Assembly (NCBI GenBank): GCA_049969715.1
Contig: JBMFOH010000002.1
Span: 7,434 to 71,433 of the forward strand
Source of the DNA: a bacterium
GTDB lineage: Bacteria; DUMJ01
Reading direction: 5' to 3'
DNA length: 64,000 nt
The position numbers and the translations under genes are program-made. The notes beneath the pieces were generated by a model that was given only the letters and a program-made list of their open reading frames with translations, was not told where the DNA came from and did not search any database. Positions 44,703-57,201 of this stretch are shown here, one piece after another (within the stretch, counting starts at the first letter, position 1; each line of letters starts with the position of its first letter).

Positions 44703-45898
44703 TTAAGTTTCCTCTTTATACTCTCACTATCATCCAATATAGCTACTCCTGGCAGTACCTTACCTTCTAAAAACTCCAAGCTTGCTCCTCCTCCAGTAGA
44801 AACATGGGTCATTCTACTAGCTAATCCAAACTTCTCTACTGCTTCTGCCGTTTCTCCTCCACCTACTACCTTTAGTGCACTAGTATTAGCTATAGCCTCT
44901 CCTACTCTCCTTGTACCATTACTAAATACCTCCATTTCAAATACTCCCAAAGGACCATTCCATACGATAGTCTTTGCCTTCGATATCTTTTGAGAGAATA
45001 TTTCTATTGTTTCTGGCCCTATATCTAATCCTTCCCAATCAGGCGGAATCTGTGCTATTGAGACTACTTTAGTATTGGCATCTGGAGCAAACCTATCTGC
45101 AATAACTACATCTACAGGGAGGATAAAATCTACATTCTTCTCCTTTGCCAAATCTATTAACTCTTTAGCTAGAGAAAGTCTGTCCTCTTCGCATATAGAT
45201 TTTCCAACCTCATAACCTAATGCTTTCAAAAATGTATACGCCATTCCCCCTCCTATAAGAAGACAGTCTACTTTACTAAGAAGATTCTTTATTACTCCAA
45301 TCTTATCAGAGACCTTGGCTCCTCCTAATACTGCCATAAACGGTCTTTCTGGATTCTCTAAGACCTTAGAGAAAAAACTTATCTCTTTCTCCATAAGAAA
45401 TCCGGCAACAGCAGGAAGCAGTTTGGCTACACCTTCAGTAGAGGCATGAGCTCTATGAGCAGTTCCAAATGCATCATTCACATATATATCTGCTAAACCT
45501 GCTAATGCCTCTGCAAAACGAGGATCATTCTTCTCTTCTTCAGGATAGAATCTGACATTCTCCAGAAGAACTACCTCACCTTCTTTCATACTGTTTACTA
45601 CTGACTTTACACTATCTCCTATGCAATCATTAAGTTTCTTTACAGGAATACCTAACTCTTCGAGTCTCTTAGCCACAGGGTCAAGCCTTAGATTCTCAGT
45701 AATACCCTTAGGCCTACCTAAATGAGTTATAAGAATTACCTTACCACCTTTTTCTCTAAGATAATTAATAGTAGGTAAGGCTGCCTTTATACGAGTATCA
45801 TCAGCAACCTTTCCATCTTCTAAAGGTACATTAAAATCTACTCTTACAAGTACTCTCTTATTTTTTAACTCTATATCTTTTATAGTAAGCTTATTCAT
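44699..45898 (-). CDS. pgk: Phosphoglycerate kinase
   Basis: [41 protein letters not shown]. Confidence 0.98.
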   Translation of the reverse strand: MNKLTIKDIELKNKRVLVRVDFNVPLEDGKVADDTRIKAALPTINYLREKGGKVILITHLGRPKGITENLRLDPVAKRLEELGIPVKKLNDCIGDSVKSVVNSMKEGEVVLLENVRFYPEEEKNDPRFAEALAGLADIYVNDAFGTAHRAHASTEGVAKLLPAVAGFLMEKEISFFSKVLENPERPFMAVLGGAKVSDKIGVIKNLLSKVDCLLIGGGMAYTFLKALGYEVGKSICEEDRLSLAKELIDLAKEKNVDFILPVDVVIADRFAPDANTKVVSIAQIPPDWEGLDIGPETIEIFSQKISKAKTIVWNGPLGVFEMEVFSNGTRRVGEAIANTSALKVVGGGETAEAVEKFGLASRMTHVSTGGGASLEFLEGKVLPGVAILDDSESIKRKLK

Positions 45899-45910
45899 AA
45901 GAATAAACCT

Positions 45911-47830
<1,920 letters not shown>

Positions 47831-47856
<26 letters not shown>

Positions 47857-48661
47857 TAGCTAATCTCTCTAGTCTTTTCATATAATAAGAGACCGTACTT
47901 TTAGTAACAGGAGGCTGAGTTAATTGAGCAAGTTCTTCTAACGTAGCCTGAGGATATTGAAGTCGGAGGGTAGCCATCTTCATATAATTCTCTGATAGTT
48001 TACCCATTTCTATAAGCTTGTTTATAGCCTTTATCTCTCTATCTGCAGCATTTAAAGTCCTCTCTATATTGGATTGCTGAAAATTTATTTTCCTATTTGT
48101 ATCTTCATTTGCAAGTTTAGAAGCCCTTACCTCTTCCACCTTTATAAGTCCATCCTTCACTCCTATCGAATTTAAAAACTTCTCTACCCCAGCAAGGCCT
48201 GATATTATTACTCTTTTATTGTATACCTTATATCCTATCTTTAAAAGACTTAGAGCCTCTCCAATCTTTCTAGGAAAGGACTTATGTATCGGAATAAGCT
48301 CTATTCTATAATATTTCTCTGGATTTGAAATAAATCCACAAGAAATAAAAACACCCCTTAAAAAAGACCTGGGAAAATCTCCATTCCACTGCAGCAATTT
48401 ATGATAGTTATTATCTATTATAAAGTAAAACCTAGGATGGTCTTTATATCTCTTTATTTCCACATTGATAGAACTTTTAAAAACTCTTTTCCACAGAACA
48501 GTTATCCTATTTGTTACATTCATCCTATCTATATAGATTGATTCTTTATCTTCTGAAAGTCTAGCCCCAATAATACCTTGTAACTCAGTAAATGCATCCT
48601 GAAGGTTCGAAGGGGTCTTCTTACAGAGTTCAAATATCAGAAGTTTAGAGTATTCTTCCAT
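47831..48661 (-). CDS. whiA: WhiA family DNA-binding protein (divergent)
   Basis: SFLRGVFISCGFISNPEKYYRIE, NRKINFQQSN, C-terminal HTH LRLQYPQATLEELA..TKSTV. Confidence 0.85.
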
Positions 48662-48663
48662 CT

Positions 48664-49533
48664 CTACTCTGCTTCTATATCCCTATGATGTGTTACTACT
48701 TTATATCCTTTCTTTTCTAATTTTTCCTTAATTACTTCTACTATAGCTGGAGAACGATGCCTTCCACCAGTACACCCTATCGCTATAGTAATCTGAAACT
48801 TCCCTAACTTCATATACTGTGGGATGAGGAAATTTATAAAATCTTCCAATTTTTCTATAAACTCTATAGCGGCCAAATCTCTCATTACAAAATCTTTAAC
48901 CTCTCTATCTAGTCCTGTCTTAAGCCTCAAATCAGGTTCATAGAAGGGGTTTGGTAAAAATCTTACATCTAATAACAGATCAGCATCTATAGGAAGACCA
49001 AATTTATACCCAAAAGATTCCAGATTAAATAGAATATTGTCTTTTCCACCAAATAGAGAGAGTTTCTGTAGTTCTTCCTTTAGTAAAGAGGGATTTGTCC
49101 TAGAAGTATCTATAACATAATCAGCTATCTCCCTTATTGGCTCTAATATCCTACGCTCCTCCTTTATGCTCTCTAAGAGAGAACCAAAACCAGCCAAAGG
49201 ATGAGGTCTCCGCGTCTCTTTGAACCTTCTTACTAAAGTCTCATCTGTAGCCTCTAAGAAGACTATCTTCTCTCTTATTCCCATCTTATGAAGGCTCTCC
49301 AATGAGTTCTTAAGAGAATCAAAGAATTCCTTACCCCTTATATCAATTACTATAGCTACGTTTCTGATCTTACCTTCAGATTGAATACATAATTCGGCAA
49401 GCTTAGGCAAAAGGGTAATGGGTAAATTATCTATACAAAAATATCCCATATCCTCATAGCACCTTATAGCTAAGGACTTGCCTGCACCTGAAAATCCAGT
49501 AATAATTATAAGATTTAAGAGTGATTCCTCCAT
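48664..49533 (-). CDS. rapZ: RNase adapter RapZ/YvcJ
   Basis: TGFSGAGKS, CIDNLP, TRRPHP, SFGYK, DVRFLPNP, GCTGGRHRS. Confidence 0.96.
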   Translation of the reverse strand: MEESLLNLIIITGFSGAGKSLAIRCYEDMGYFCIDNLPITLLPKLAELCIQSEGKIRNVAIVIDIRGKEFFDSLKNSLESLHKMGIREKIVFLEATDETLVRRFKETRRPHPLAGFGSLLESIKEERRILEPIREIADYVIDTSRTNPSLLKEELQKLSLFGGKDNILFNLESFGYKFGLPIDADLLLDVRFLPNPFYEPDLRLKTGLDREVKDFVMRDLAAIEFIEKLEDFINFLIPQYMKLGKFQITIAIGCTGGRHRSPAIVEVIKEKLEKKGYKVVTHHRDIEAE

Positions 49534-50312
49534 ATTATATAATCCACCACCTCTTCGAATCCGGATGGACTCTCCTTACTAGTTATATAATTGGCTGCCG
49601 CTTTCACCTCTTCTGGAGCATTTCCAAATGTAATACCAACTCCTACCTCTTTTAAAAGTTCTATATCATTAAAACTATCCCCTACTCCTGCAACCTCTAA
49701 CAGAGGTATTCCTAACATTCCTGCCAAATATCTGACTGCATTCCCTTTTGAAACATCTTTCTTCATAATCTCCAGATAGGTAGGACTACTAGTAGTTATA
49801 TATAATGCCCCATCAAATCTAGCCTTTATAGGGGTAATTATTTCTTTTACCTTTTCTCCATCGCCTATTCCTAATACCTTTGTGGTAGGAAGCTCTGGTA
49901 AATCTTCTAAATCCTCTACAAATAATGCGTCAACCTTGTTCTGTTTAGGGTAGTTCTCTCCATACTCACTCTTCCCTACTATATAAAGAGCATCATTGAA
50001 ATAAAGATTTATCTGTAAATCCCTTTCTCTCAGATAAATTGCTATCTCCTTCCACATAGGGTATGGAATTGGAGAGTGATAAAGTATTCTAAAATCTGAG
50101 GTTCCTATCATAGCTCCATTATAAGCAATAATAGGAGAGGAAAGCCCTAATAACTTCTGATAATATAATATAGAGTGAAACATCCTCCCACTTGCTATAA
50201 CAATATTAATATCCTCTTTTAAAAGTCTCTCTATACCTTCTATTACTATGTCAGGAAATCTATCATTAAACAAGATAGTTCCGTCTAGATCTGTCACAAA
50301 CAGCTTAATCAT
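49515..50312 (-). CDS. Cof-type HAD-IIB hydrolase
   Basis: DLDGT, ASGR, YNGA, SKG, GDSFND. Confidence 0.92.
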   Translation of the reverse strand: MIKLFVTDLDGTILFNDRFPDIVIEGIERLLKEDINIVIASGRMFHSILYYQKLLGLSSPIIAYNGAMIGTSDFRILYHSPIPYPMWKEIAIYLRERDLQINLYFNDALYIVGKSEYGENYPKQNKVDALFVEDLEDLPELPTTKVLGIGDGEKVKEIITPIKARFDGALYITTSSPTYLEIMKKDVSKGNAVRYLAGMLGIPLLEVAGVGDSFNDIELLKEVGVGITFGNAPEEVKAAANYITSKESPSGFEEVVDYIIWRNHS

Positions 50313-50333
50313 AGTTATTTTATTATAACATAA

Positions 50334-51539
50334 TTATTTATTTTTTCTATAGAGAGGCCTAGCAAAGACCTTATTATAGGATGAAACATCTTGCTTCGAT
50401 TCTTCTAAAAAGATAATAGCTATAATAGTAGCAAATAATGCTATAATCATAAGAAACAAAAACATCTTAGAAATCCCCACCATATCTGCAAAGTACCCAG
50501 CCAAAAAGGGACCAAAGGCTGAAGAGAATGCAGTAGTCATATTAAGCATACCCTGAGCTGTCCCTCTCTCTTCTTGAGAAACTAAATCATTAATATATAC
50601 TATGGGTATTACTGCTATGATAGCAAAAGTAACACTATGCATAGTCTGAATCCCTATAATAGCAAGAGGGGATCTCGCAAGACTATAGAGTAACATACGG
50701 ATTGGCAAAGCCAGAGATGCAATAAAAAGAAGGGGTCTTCTTCCTATTTTATCTGATATAATTCCCATAATAAGCATAAATGGTATTTCTACTCCAGAAC
50801 TAGCTGTATAGGAGAAACTAATCATTCGATTCGTCCCTCCCAAAGATTTTACTAACAGATTTACATTCGATGAGGCTGCAGTAAGGGCAGTATAGTAGAA
50901 GAAATAAAAAAGGAGCACCTTTAATATATTACTATTACTTATAAGCCTTTTAATATTCCCAATCTGTGGGGTCAAAACACTTGTCTTTATATTAGGCTCC
51001 TCTATAAGAAAAACAAATATACTAGAAATGATGAAAGCCATCCCTATAAGAGGAAACATATATCTAGGCTCTGTTAATATTGGGAATACTCCAGTCACTG
51101 AAATACAGACCAAAAAGCCAATACTTCCCCACATCCTAGTGGAAGCATAATCTCTACCAACCTGTCCAGAGAAGCTTAAGTCTATAACAAGAACACTAGC
51201 GATAGTCAGGATAGTATAGATACAAAGTCCTATAACTGAGTATAAGAGGATGAAATCTCCATAATCGCTTATTTTAGGAAAGATAAAGAGATATATAATA
51301 GCTCCTAACAAAAGGCCTACGATGATAAATGGCTTCCTTCTTCTTAATCTATCTGATAGATGGCCAACAGAAAGCTGAATGAGTGCACCTACTAAAGCTG
51401 ACGTACCAGTAAGAAAACCAATCTCTCCTACAGAAAAACCTCTGTTTCTTAAATATACTGGGATAAAAGAAAACATAAAGGTCCATGCCACATAATAGAA
51501 AAAGAAGAAAGCCCTTATAAAGAGACTATTTCTTTTCAT
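50334..51539 (-). CDS. MFS transporter
   Basis: About 12 TM helices; GHLSDRLRRR and SDKIGRR motif-A loops. Confidence 0.9.
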   Translation of the reverse strand: MKRNSLFIRAFFFFYYVAWTFMFSFIPVYLRNRGFSVGEIGFLTGTSALVGALIQLSVGHLSDRLRRRKPFIIVGLLLGAIIYLFIFPKISDYGDFILLYSVIGLCIYTILTIASVLVIDLSFSGQVGRDYASTRMWGSIGFLVCISVTGVFPILTEPRYMFPLIGMAFIISSIFVFLIEEPNIKTSVLTPQIGNIKRLISNSNILKVLLFYFFYYTALTAASSNVNLLVKSLGGTNRMISFSYTASSGVEIPFMLIMGIISDKIGRRPLLFIASLALPIRMLLYSLARSPLAIIGIQTMHSVTFAIIAVIPIVYINDLVSQEERGTAQGMLNMTTAFSSAFGPFLAGYFADMVGISKMFLFLMIIALFATIIAIIFLEESKQDVSSYNKVFARPLYRKNK

Positions 51540-51542
51540 TTA

Positions 51543-52184
51543 CTAATATCCCAATTCTTCACTGACAAGTAAAACTGTAAAATTTGTCTTTGAAGGTTTT
51601 CTCTCTATAATAGTTGTTACCCTACATATATTATTGATCCCAGTACAGTTAGAACAGTATCCAGTCTTTGCACAAGGGGTATTAAGTCCCAATCTATGAG
51701 CATTAATAGGAGCGGCGACATTTTTTATCCTCCACAGAGCCTCTTCTATATCTTTTACTATCTTATTTATACCTACAACTACTATTACCATTTTAGGGCC
51801 AAAGATCATTCCAGCTACTCTATTCCCTACCCCATCAGTATTTACTAGTATCCCATCCATAGTAATAGCATTACTACTCACTAGAAATACGTCTGTTAGC
51901 AGTTCCTCTCTTCTGGTATAGAAATCTGCTTCTGGGTCTAACTCCGCCTTCCAATGATGTATAACAATATTTCCTCTTGCAACTAAGTCTTCTATAACTT
52001 TTAATTCCCTAATAGATATTGAACCACCTACTCCTACCCTTGCATCTTTAGGAATAAGGTTAAGAATCTTATCTCTTGCGTCCTCTTTACTCCTAAACCA
52101 AAAAGCGTCAAAATCTCTAGATTTCAGATTTTCTACTATTCTATTTAGTAACTGTTCTTTATACCATTCTCTATTTGCTTCCAT
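51543..52184 (-). CDS. LUD-domain (LutC/YkgG-like) lactate utilisation protein
   Basis: GGSIS, SSNAITMDG..NTDGVGNRV, GINKIV, TPCAKTGYCSNC. Confidence 0.85.
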   Translation of the reverse strand: MEANREWYKEQLLNRIVENLKSRDFDAFWFRSKEDARDKILNLIPKDARVGVGGSISIRELKVIEDLVARGNIVIHHWKAELDPEADFYTRREELLTDVFLVSSNAITMDGILVNTDGVGNRVAGMIFGPKMVIVVVGINKIVKDIEEALWRIKNVAAPINAHRLGLNTPCAKTGYCSNCTGINNICRVTTIIERKPSKTNFTVLLVSEELGY

Positions 52185-52194
52185 ATTAGTCTCC

Positions 52195-52791
52195 TTAAAG
52201 CCCTAATTCACTGTGAATCTCTTGCATTGCAGAGAGAGAAAGGGTAATAAAATCTTCTAGAATAAATCCTAGCCTCTCGCATAACCTTATCTCCTCTCTA
52301 TCTGCTCCTCTAGCAAATGCTTTTTCTCTGAATCTCTTCATAATAAATTTGGTGTCTATAGCTGATAGACTCTTCTCCGGCTTTATAAGAGCACTAGCAG
52401 TGATAAGGCCGTTTACTGCATCGGCAGCGCATAACGCTATATGCATAAGGTTATCATCTACTTCAACACCCTTCTTATGAGCCCTTACTGCATCTACTAT
52501 CTCAGATGGATACCCCTTCTCTTTAAGGATCTCTGCCCCTAAAACTCCATGTTTTTCTGCATTTTCATTGCAGAGTTCATAATCTATGTCGTGGAGAAGT
52601 CCCGCTATCCCCCACATCTCCTCGTCCTGACCAAACCTCCTAGCTAGAGACCTCATTATAGCCTCTGTCGCAAGCATATGCTTTATCAGATTTTCTCCTT
52701 TCACATATTCTGAAAGTAGAGACACTGCATAATCTCTATCCAAAATAGTCATCTCCTTCCTAAAGAAATTAGTATAAATTATAAGACTCAT
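52195..52791 (-). CDS. HDIG/HD-domain phosphohydrolase
   Basis: KHMLA, GLLHDID, KHG, RAH, AAD, KAFARG; the real start is probably TTG at 52743, downstream of AAGGAG. Confidence 0.88.
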   Translation of the reverse strand: MSLIIYTNFFRKEMTILDRDYAVSLLSEYVKGENLIKHMLATEAIMRSLARRFGQDEEMWGIAGLLHDIDYELCNENAEKHGVLGAEILKEKGYPSEIVDAVRAHKKGVEVDDNLMHIALCAADAVNGLITASALIKPEKSLSAIDTKFIMKRFREKAFARGADREEIRLCERLGFILEDFITLSLSAMQEIHSELGL

Positions 52792-52840
52792 TTAATGATA
52801 ACGCAAGATAGATAATATGATATTATATTTAAAATAGGAG

Positions 52841-53893
52841 GTGAAACTAATTATGAAGGCAGTAGTAAAGTATGATAATAAAGACGGGGCAACAAAATTA
52901 ATTGAAGTGCCAGTTCCGGAGATAGGTCCTGAAGATGTATTGGTAAAGGTAGCTTATGCAGGTATATGTGGAAGTGACCCCCATATACATCATAATAGAG
53001 TAAGTTATAAGATAAACGTACCTGTCATCTTAGGACATGAGTTCTCAGGAGTTATAGAAAAGGTAGGAGAAGATGTAATTGGTTTTAAGGTGGGAGATAG
53101 GGTTACAGCAGAGACGCATGCGGATTACTGTGGAAGATGTGAGTTATGTAGGACTAATAACTACCATCTCTGTAGGGAGAGAAAAGGATATGGATTTCAT
53201 GTGGATGGGGCATTTACTCAATATATAAAGGTGCCTACAAGAATACTCCATAAACTTCCAGAGAATGTAGGACTTAGGGAAGCAGCCTTAACAGAACCAT
53301 TCTGCGTTGCATATAGTTCTCTAGTAAAACACTCCGATATAAAGCCAGGAGACCTGGTAGTAATAGTAGGACCTGGTCCTATAGGAATCCTCTGTACCAA
53401 AATGGCAAGTATCATGGGAGCAGGTAAAATTATAGTTATTGGAACTAAAGGGGATGAAAAAAGGCTTGAGATAGCAAAGGAATTTGGAGCAGATCTAACC
53501 TTAGATAGTTCAAAAGAGAATGTAAGAGAAATAGTGATGAGCATTAGAGATGGCTATGGAGCCGACTTAGTAATAGATACTGCAGGAGTCTCTGAAGCAT
53601 TCAAGTTGGCGATAGATATAGTAAGACCTAATGGTCAGATTAATAAAATAGGTTGGGGACCGGAGTCATTTGGTTATTCTCTTGATCCTCTAATATCAAA
53701 AGCTGTTACTGTAAACTTCACATTCAGTCATAATTGGGATGTATGGGAAAAGTGTCTAGCTCTTATGGATAAAAAACTGGTAAACCTAGAAAGATTAATA
53801 ACTCATGAGCTTCCCATAGATAAATGGCAGGAAGGCTTTGAACTTATTGAAACTAAAATAGGACTCAAGGTTGTCCTAACTCCTATAGGGTAA
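52841..53893 (+). CDS. Zinc-dependent alcohol/polyol dehydrogenase (MDR family)
   Basis: GICGSD, GHEFSG, CGRCELC..C, GPGPIG; the start is probably ATG at 52853. Confidence 0.93.
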   Translation: MKLIMKAVVKYDNKDGATKLIEVPVPEIGPEDVLVKVAYAGICGSDPHIHHNRVSYKINVPVILGHEFSGVIEKVGEDVIGFKVGDRVTAETHADYCGRCELCRTNNYHLCRERKGYGFHVDGAFTQYIKVPTRILHKLPENVGLREAALTEPFCVAYSSLVKHSDIKPGDLVVIVGPGPIGILCTKMASIMGAGKIIVIGTKGDEKRLEIAKEFGADLTLDSSKENVREIVMSIRDGYGADLVIDTAGVSEAFKLAIDIVRPNGQINKIGWGPESFGYSLDPLISKAVTVNFTFSHNWDVWEKCLALMDKKLVNLERLITHELPIDKWQEGFELIETKIGLKVVLTPIG

Positions 53894-53903
53894 AGATTTA
53901 AGA

Positions 53904-54917
53904 ATGAAGGCATTAGTTTATTATGGGCCTAAAGACCTAAGAGTTACTGAGATAGAAGACCCTAAAATCTCTAAAGATGAGGTATTTATAAAGGTTAGGG
54001 CTTGTGGGATCTGTGGATCAGATGTTCATGGTTATCTCGGTGTTACAGGAAGACGTATCCCTCCTATGATAATGGGGCATGAGTTCTCAGGAGAGATAAT
54101 AGAAAGAGGAGAGGCGGTAAAAAACTTATCTATAGGAGATAGGGTTACTGTGTATCCTGTAAGATTCTGTGAGGTATGTAGTGCTTGTAAAAAAGGACTT
54201 ACTAACCTTTGTGAAAATAAAAGCTTTTTAGGAGTAATGAATGTAAATGGAGCGATGGCAGAATATATATCTGTCCCTAGTTATATGGTAGTTAGACTCC
54301 CAGACTCTCTGAATTATCTACAAGGAGCCATGATAGAGCCATTAGCGGTAGCTTATAGAGCGGTTAAAAACTCACCTAACCTCTTGAATAAGAATGTTCT
54401 CATAGTAGGAGCTGGGACAATAGGGCTGTTAGTTCTTATCTTACTTAGGCCCTTTGGAGTCGAAAGTATTACGGTAGTAGACGTAAATAGCCATAGATTA
54501 AAAACAGCAAAGGAACTAGGAGCAGATTTTACTATAAATCCGAATAAGGACGAACCTAAAAATGGATTCTTACCTGATATAGATCTCGCATTTGAAGCAG
54601 TAGGAAGTACATCTAGCGTAACTCAGGCTATGAATAGGCTTAAGCCAGGAGGAGCATGTATATGGATAGGAAACTCAGCAAAGAATATCGAACTAGATAT
54701 GCAAAATATAGTTACAAGAGAGTTAAAAGTATTTGGTACCTACATATATACCTACGAAGAATTTGTTCAATCTATAGGCTTAATCTCTAAACTCAGTGAT
54801 AAACTAGATAAGATTATAAGCAAAATTATATCTTTAGAGGAAGCCCCTGAAATCTTTAACAAGCTAATTGAGAAGGATACTAACTTGATAAAGGTGATAA
54901 TCAGATTGAGTTCTTAG
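53904..54917 (+). CDS. Zinc-dependent polyol dehydrogenase (MDR family)
   Basis: GICGSD, GHEFSG, CEVCSAC..C, GAGTIG. Confidence 0.93.
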   Translation: MKALVYYGPKDLRVTEIEDPKISKDEVFIKVRACGICGSDVHGYLGVTGRRIPPMIMGHEFSGEIIERGEAVKNLSIGDRVTVYPVRFCEVCSACKKGLTNLCENKSFLGVMNVNGAMAEYISVPSYMVVRLPDSLNYLQGAMIEPLAVAYRAVKNSPNLLNKNVLIVGAGTIGLLVLILLRPFGVESITVVDVNSHRLKTAKELGADFTINPNKDEPKNGFLPDIDLAFEAVGSTSSVTQAMNRLKPGGACIWIGNSAKNIELDMQNIVTRELKVFGTYIYTYEEFVQSIGLISKLSDKLDKIISKIISLEEAPEIFNKLIEKDTNLIKVIIRLSS

Positions 54918-54924
54918 CAGACAG

Positions 54925-54954
54925 TTGACTTTATTCAGCATAGAATGCTATCAT
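54925..54954 (+). promoter_or_regulatory. sigma70-type promoter of the small hypothetical gene
   Basis: TTGACT, 18-nt spacer ending in TGC, TATCAT. Confidence 0.55.
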
Positions 54955-54988
54955 AAGGGATAAGAAAACGATAGAAGGAGGTAAGACT

Positions 54989-55267
54989 ATGGCTGAGATC
55001 AAAAGTTTTGAGATAACGCCGACCTCTGGGAGACAGGGGGATATAGTTACAGTAACAGTCCATGCCACTTCGGATACAAAGTCTGTTTATGGAAGGATTC
55101 CAGAGTATGGATATCTTGTCCAATTTCAGAAGGATGGTGAGATATTCAAATTAACTATGCAAGTTCCTTATGGAGCACCTCCAGGGACGTACTCTGTTTC
55201 TATATATCCTATAGATAATGAAGGAAATAGAGGGGAAGAGAAGAGATTTAACTTCCAGGTATTATAG
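54989..55267 (+). CDS. Small hypothetical protein, probable Ig-like beta-sandwich
   Basis: AAGGAGG Shine-Dalgarno site; alternating beta-strand pattern, P..APPGTYSVSI, DNEGN. Confidence 0.75.
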   Translation: MAEIKSFEITPTSGRQGDIVTVTVHATSDTKSVYGRIPEYGYLVQFQKDGEIFKLTMQVPYGAPPGTYSVSIYPIDNEGNRGEEKRFNFQVL

Positions 55268-55283
55268 AAAGATATAAACTAAC

Positions 55284-56003
55284 TTAGAGTATTCCTAACT
55301 TAATTAATTCTTCTAGGATGTCTCTATGTCTCTCCTCTTTAAGACATAGCTCTATTTCTTTATTTATCCTGGCACTACTTACCGTAGAAAGGACTCCTAA
55401 ACTTATGGCTTCCTCTATAAGTTTTTGAGTATGAGGTTCTATCTTAAAGTTAAGCCTTACTTTAAATCTTATTGCTCTAAATATACGGGTAGGATCATCT
55501 ATAAAGCTCCTATTATGTAGAACTCTGATTAACTTAGACTTTAAGTCTTTTAAACCCTGAAGTGGGTCGATTATCTCTTCTATCCGACCACTTAAAGAAA
55601 GGGGAGAGGCCAAGGCATTGATAGTAAAGTCCCTCCTTGAGAGGTCTTCTTGGATATTACCTGGACTTACTTTAGGTAACATTCCTGGTTTTGGATATAT
55701 TTCTTTTCTTGCCATAGCTATATCTATATGAGTTACCCCATTATCTGGTAGGTCTATCTTGTAGGTATAAAATCTCTTTAAAAGTCTTCCTCTAATATTT
55801 AAACTAGAAGTATATCTAATAAATTCTTCTGGAAGAGCCTCAAGAACAATATCTATATCTTTTATTTCGAATCCAAGAAATATATCTCTAAGCGTTCCTC
55901 CCACTATGTAGATAGGAAGACCGTATTCATAAGCTCTATCTATACAGAGTCTAATCTCAGGAATAGATAGAATAGATAAGTGGTGACCTATCAATTCTGT
56001 CAT
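55284..56003 (-). CDS. Short class II tRNA nucleotidyltransferase (CCA- or A-adding type)
   Basis: VGGTLRD..DIDIV, EDLSRRDFTINALA, SFIDDPTRIFRAIRF. Confidence 0.88.
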   Translation of the reverse strand: MTELIGHHLSILSIPEIRLCIDRAYEYGLPIYIVGGTLRDIFLGFEIKDIDIVLEALPEEFIRYTSSLNIRGRLLKRFYTYKIDLPDNGVTHIDIAMARKEIYPKPGMLPKVSPGNIQEDLSRRDFTINALASPLSLSGRIEEIIDPLQGLKDLKSKLIRVLHNRSFIDDPTRIFRAIRFKVRLNFKIEPHTQKLIEEAISLGVLSTVSSARINKEIELCLKEERHRDILEELIKLGIL

Positions 56004-57201
56004 CGCTTATAGAGATAGCTTTTTCCACAAACGGGATACAAAGCTTCAACCTTTCTTCATCATTATAGTAAACCTCTAGGATAGTCTCCTCTTTCTCTAC
56101 ACAGTCACTTATCTTCTTTTTGAGAAGAAATCCCACATTAGCATCTATCCTATCTTCTTTCTTTAATCTTCCTGCTCCTAAAATTCTAGCCCCCTCTCCA
56201 AGTAAAAAGGCGTCCATACGATTTATATATCCTTTAGTCTTGGCTCTAAACTCATATCTTTTACTATTCAAGGAAACCATCTCTATGTCTCCTCCCTGTG
56301 CCTTTACCATCTCTTTAAATTTTCTAAATGCCTGTTCACTAGAGATAGCATTTCTAACAGTTTTTTCATCACTCACTAATTTACATATTTCTATAGCTAA
56401 TGTTTCTACGTCCCTTGGACCGTTCCCTTTTAGGGTATCCATAGCTTCTTTCACTTCAAGAATATTTCCGATAGCATATCCCAATGGTTCATTCATATTT
56501 GATATCACTATGTTTATCTTTCTTCCAAATGATTCTCCTATCTCCTTTAGCCATCGAGCTAAAGTTTCTGCTTCATCTAGGGTTTTCATAAAGGCTCCCG
56601 AACCTACCTTTACATCAAATAGGATAGTCTGAGCTCCTCCAGCTATCTTCTTGCTTAATATGCTACTTGTAATAAGTGGAATACTTTCTACTGTCCCAGT
56701 GACATCCCTCAAGGAATATATCTCTTTCTCTACAGGGACTAACCCTTCTACCTGACTTATAATACTACAACCTATCTTCTCAACTAGCCTTTTGAAATCT
56801 TCAACAGAGAGATTCGTATTAAAACCAGGGATAGCTTCAAGTTTGTCTATAGTTCCTCCGGTATGACCCAGTCCTCTTCCAGAGAGTTTAGCCACCCTAA
56901 AGCCTATAGAGGCTAAGAGCGGAATTACTATAAGGCTAATCTTGTCTCCTACCCCTCCAGTAGAATGCTTGTCCAAAACGGGAATATCCCACTTTATCTT
57001 CTCCCCAGTAGCAAGGATAGCATCTATCATATTAATAGTTTCCTCTTTTGATAACCCCCTCAGAAAACTTGCCATAAGCCAAGCACTCATCTGATAATCA
57101 GGGATATTTTTCTTATAGAAGTTCGTTATGAAAAAATTTATCTCTTCCTTACTTAGAAGATTCCCATCCCTTTTCTTTATAATAATATCTACAGGATTCA
57201 T
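55957..57201 (-). CDS. pdp: Pyrimidine-nucleoside/thymidine phosphorylase
   Basis: KKRDG, DKHSTGGVGDK, SGRGLGHTGGTIDKLE, DVKVGSGAFMK. Confidence 0.96.
   Translation of the reverse strand: MNPVDIIIKKRDGNLLSKEEINFFITNFYKKNIPDYQMSAWLMASFLRGLSKEETINMIDAILATGEKIKWDIPVLDKHSTGGVGDKISLIVIPLLASIGFRVAKLSGRGLGHTGGTIDKLEAIPGFNTNLSVEDFKRLVEKIGCSIISQVEGLVPVEKEIYSLRDVTGTVESIPLITSSILSKKIAGGAQTILFDVKVGSGAFMKTLDEAETLARWLKEIGESFGRKINIVISNMNEPLGYAIGNILEVKEAMDTLKGNGPRDVETLAIEICKLVSDEKTVRNAISSEQAFRKFKEMVKAQGGDIEMVSLNSKRYEFRAKTKGYINRMDAFLLGEGARILGAGRLKKEDRIDANVGFLLKKKISDCVEKEETILEVYYNDEERLKLCIPFVEKAISISDDRIDRSPLIYSIYS

Noticed and set aside
52841-54917. Shared short sequences between the two dehydrogenase genes (CATGAGTTCTCAGGAG, GGAGATAGGGTTAC)
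   Set aside because: They encode conserved MDR motifs (GHEFSG, GDRVT) in paralogs
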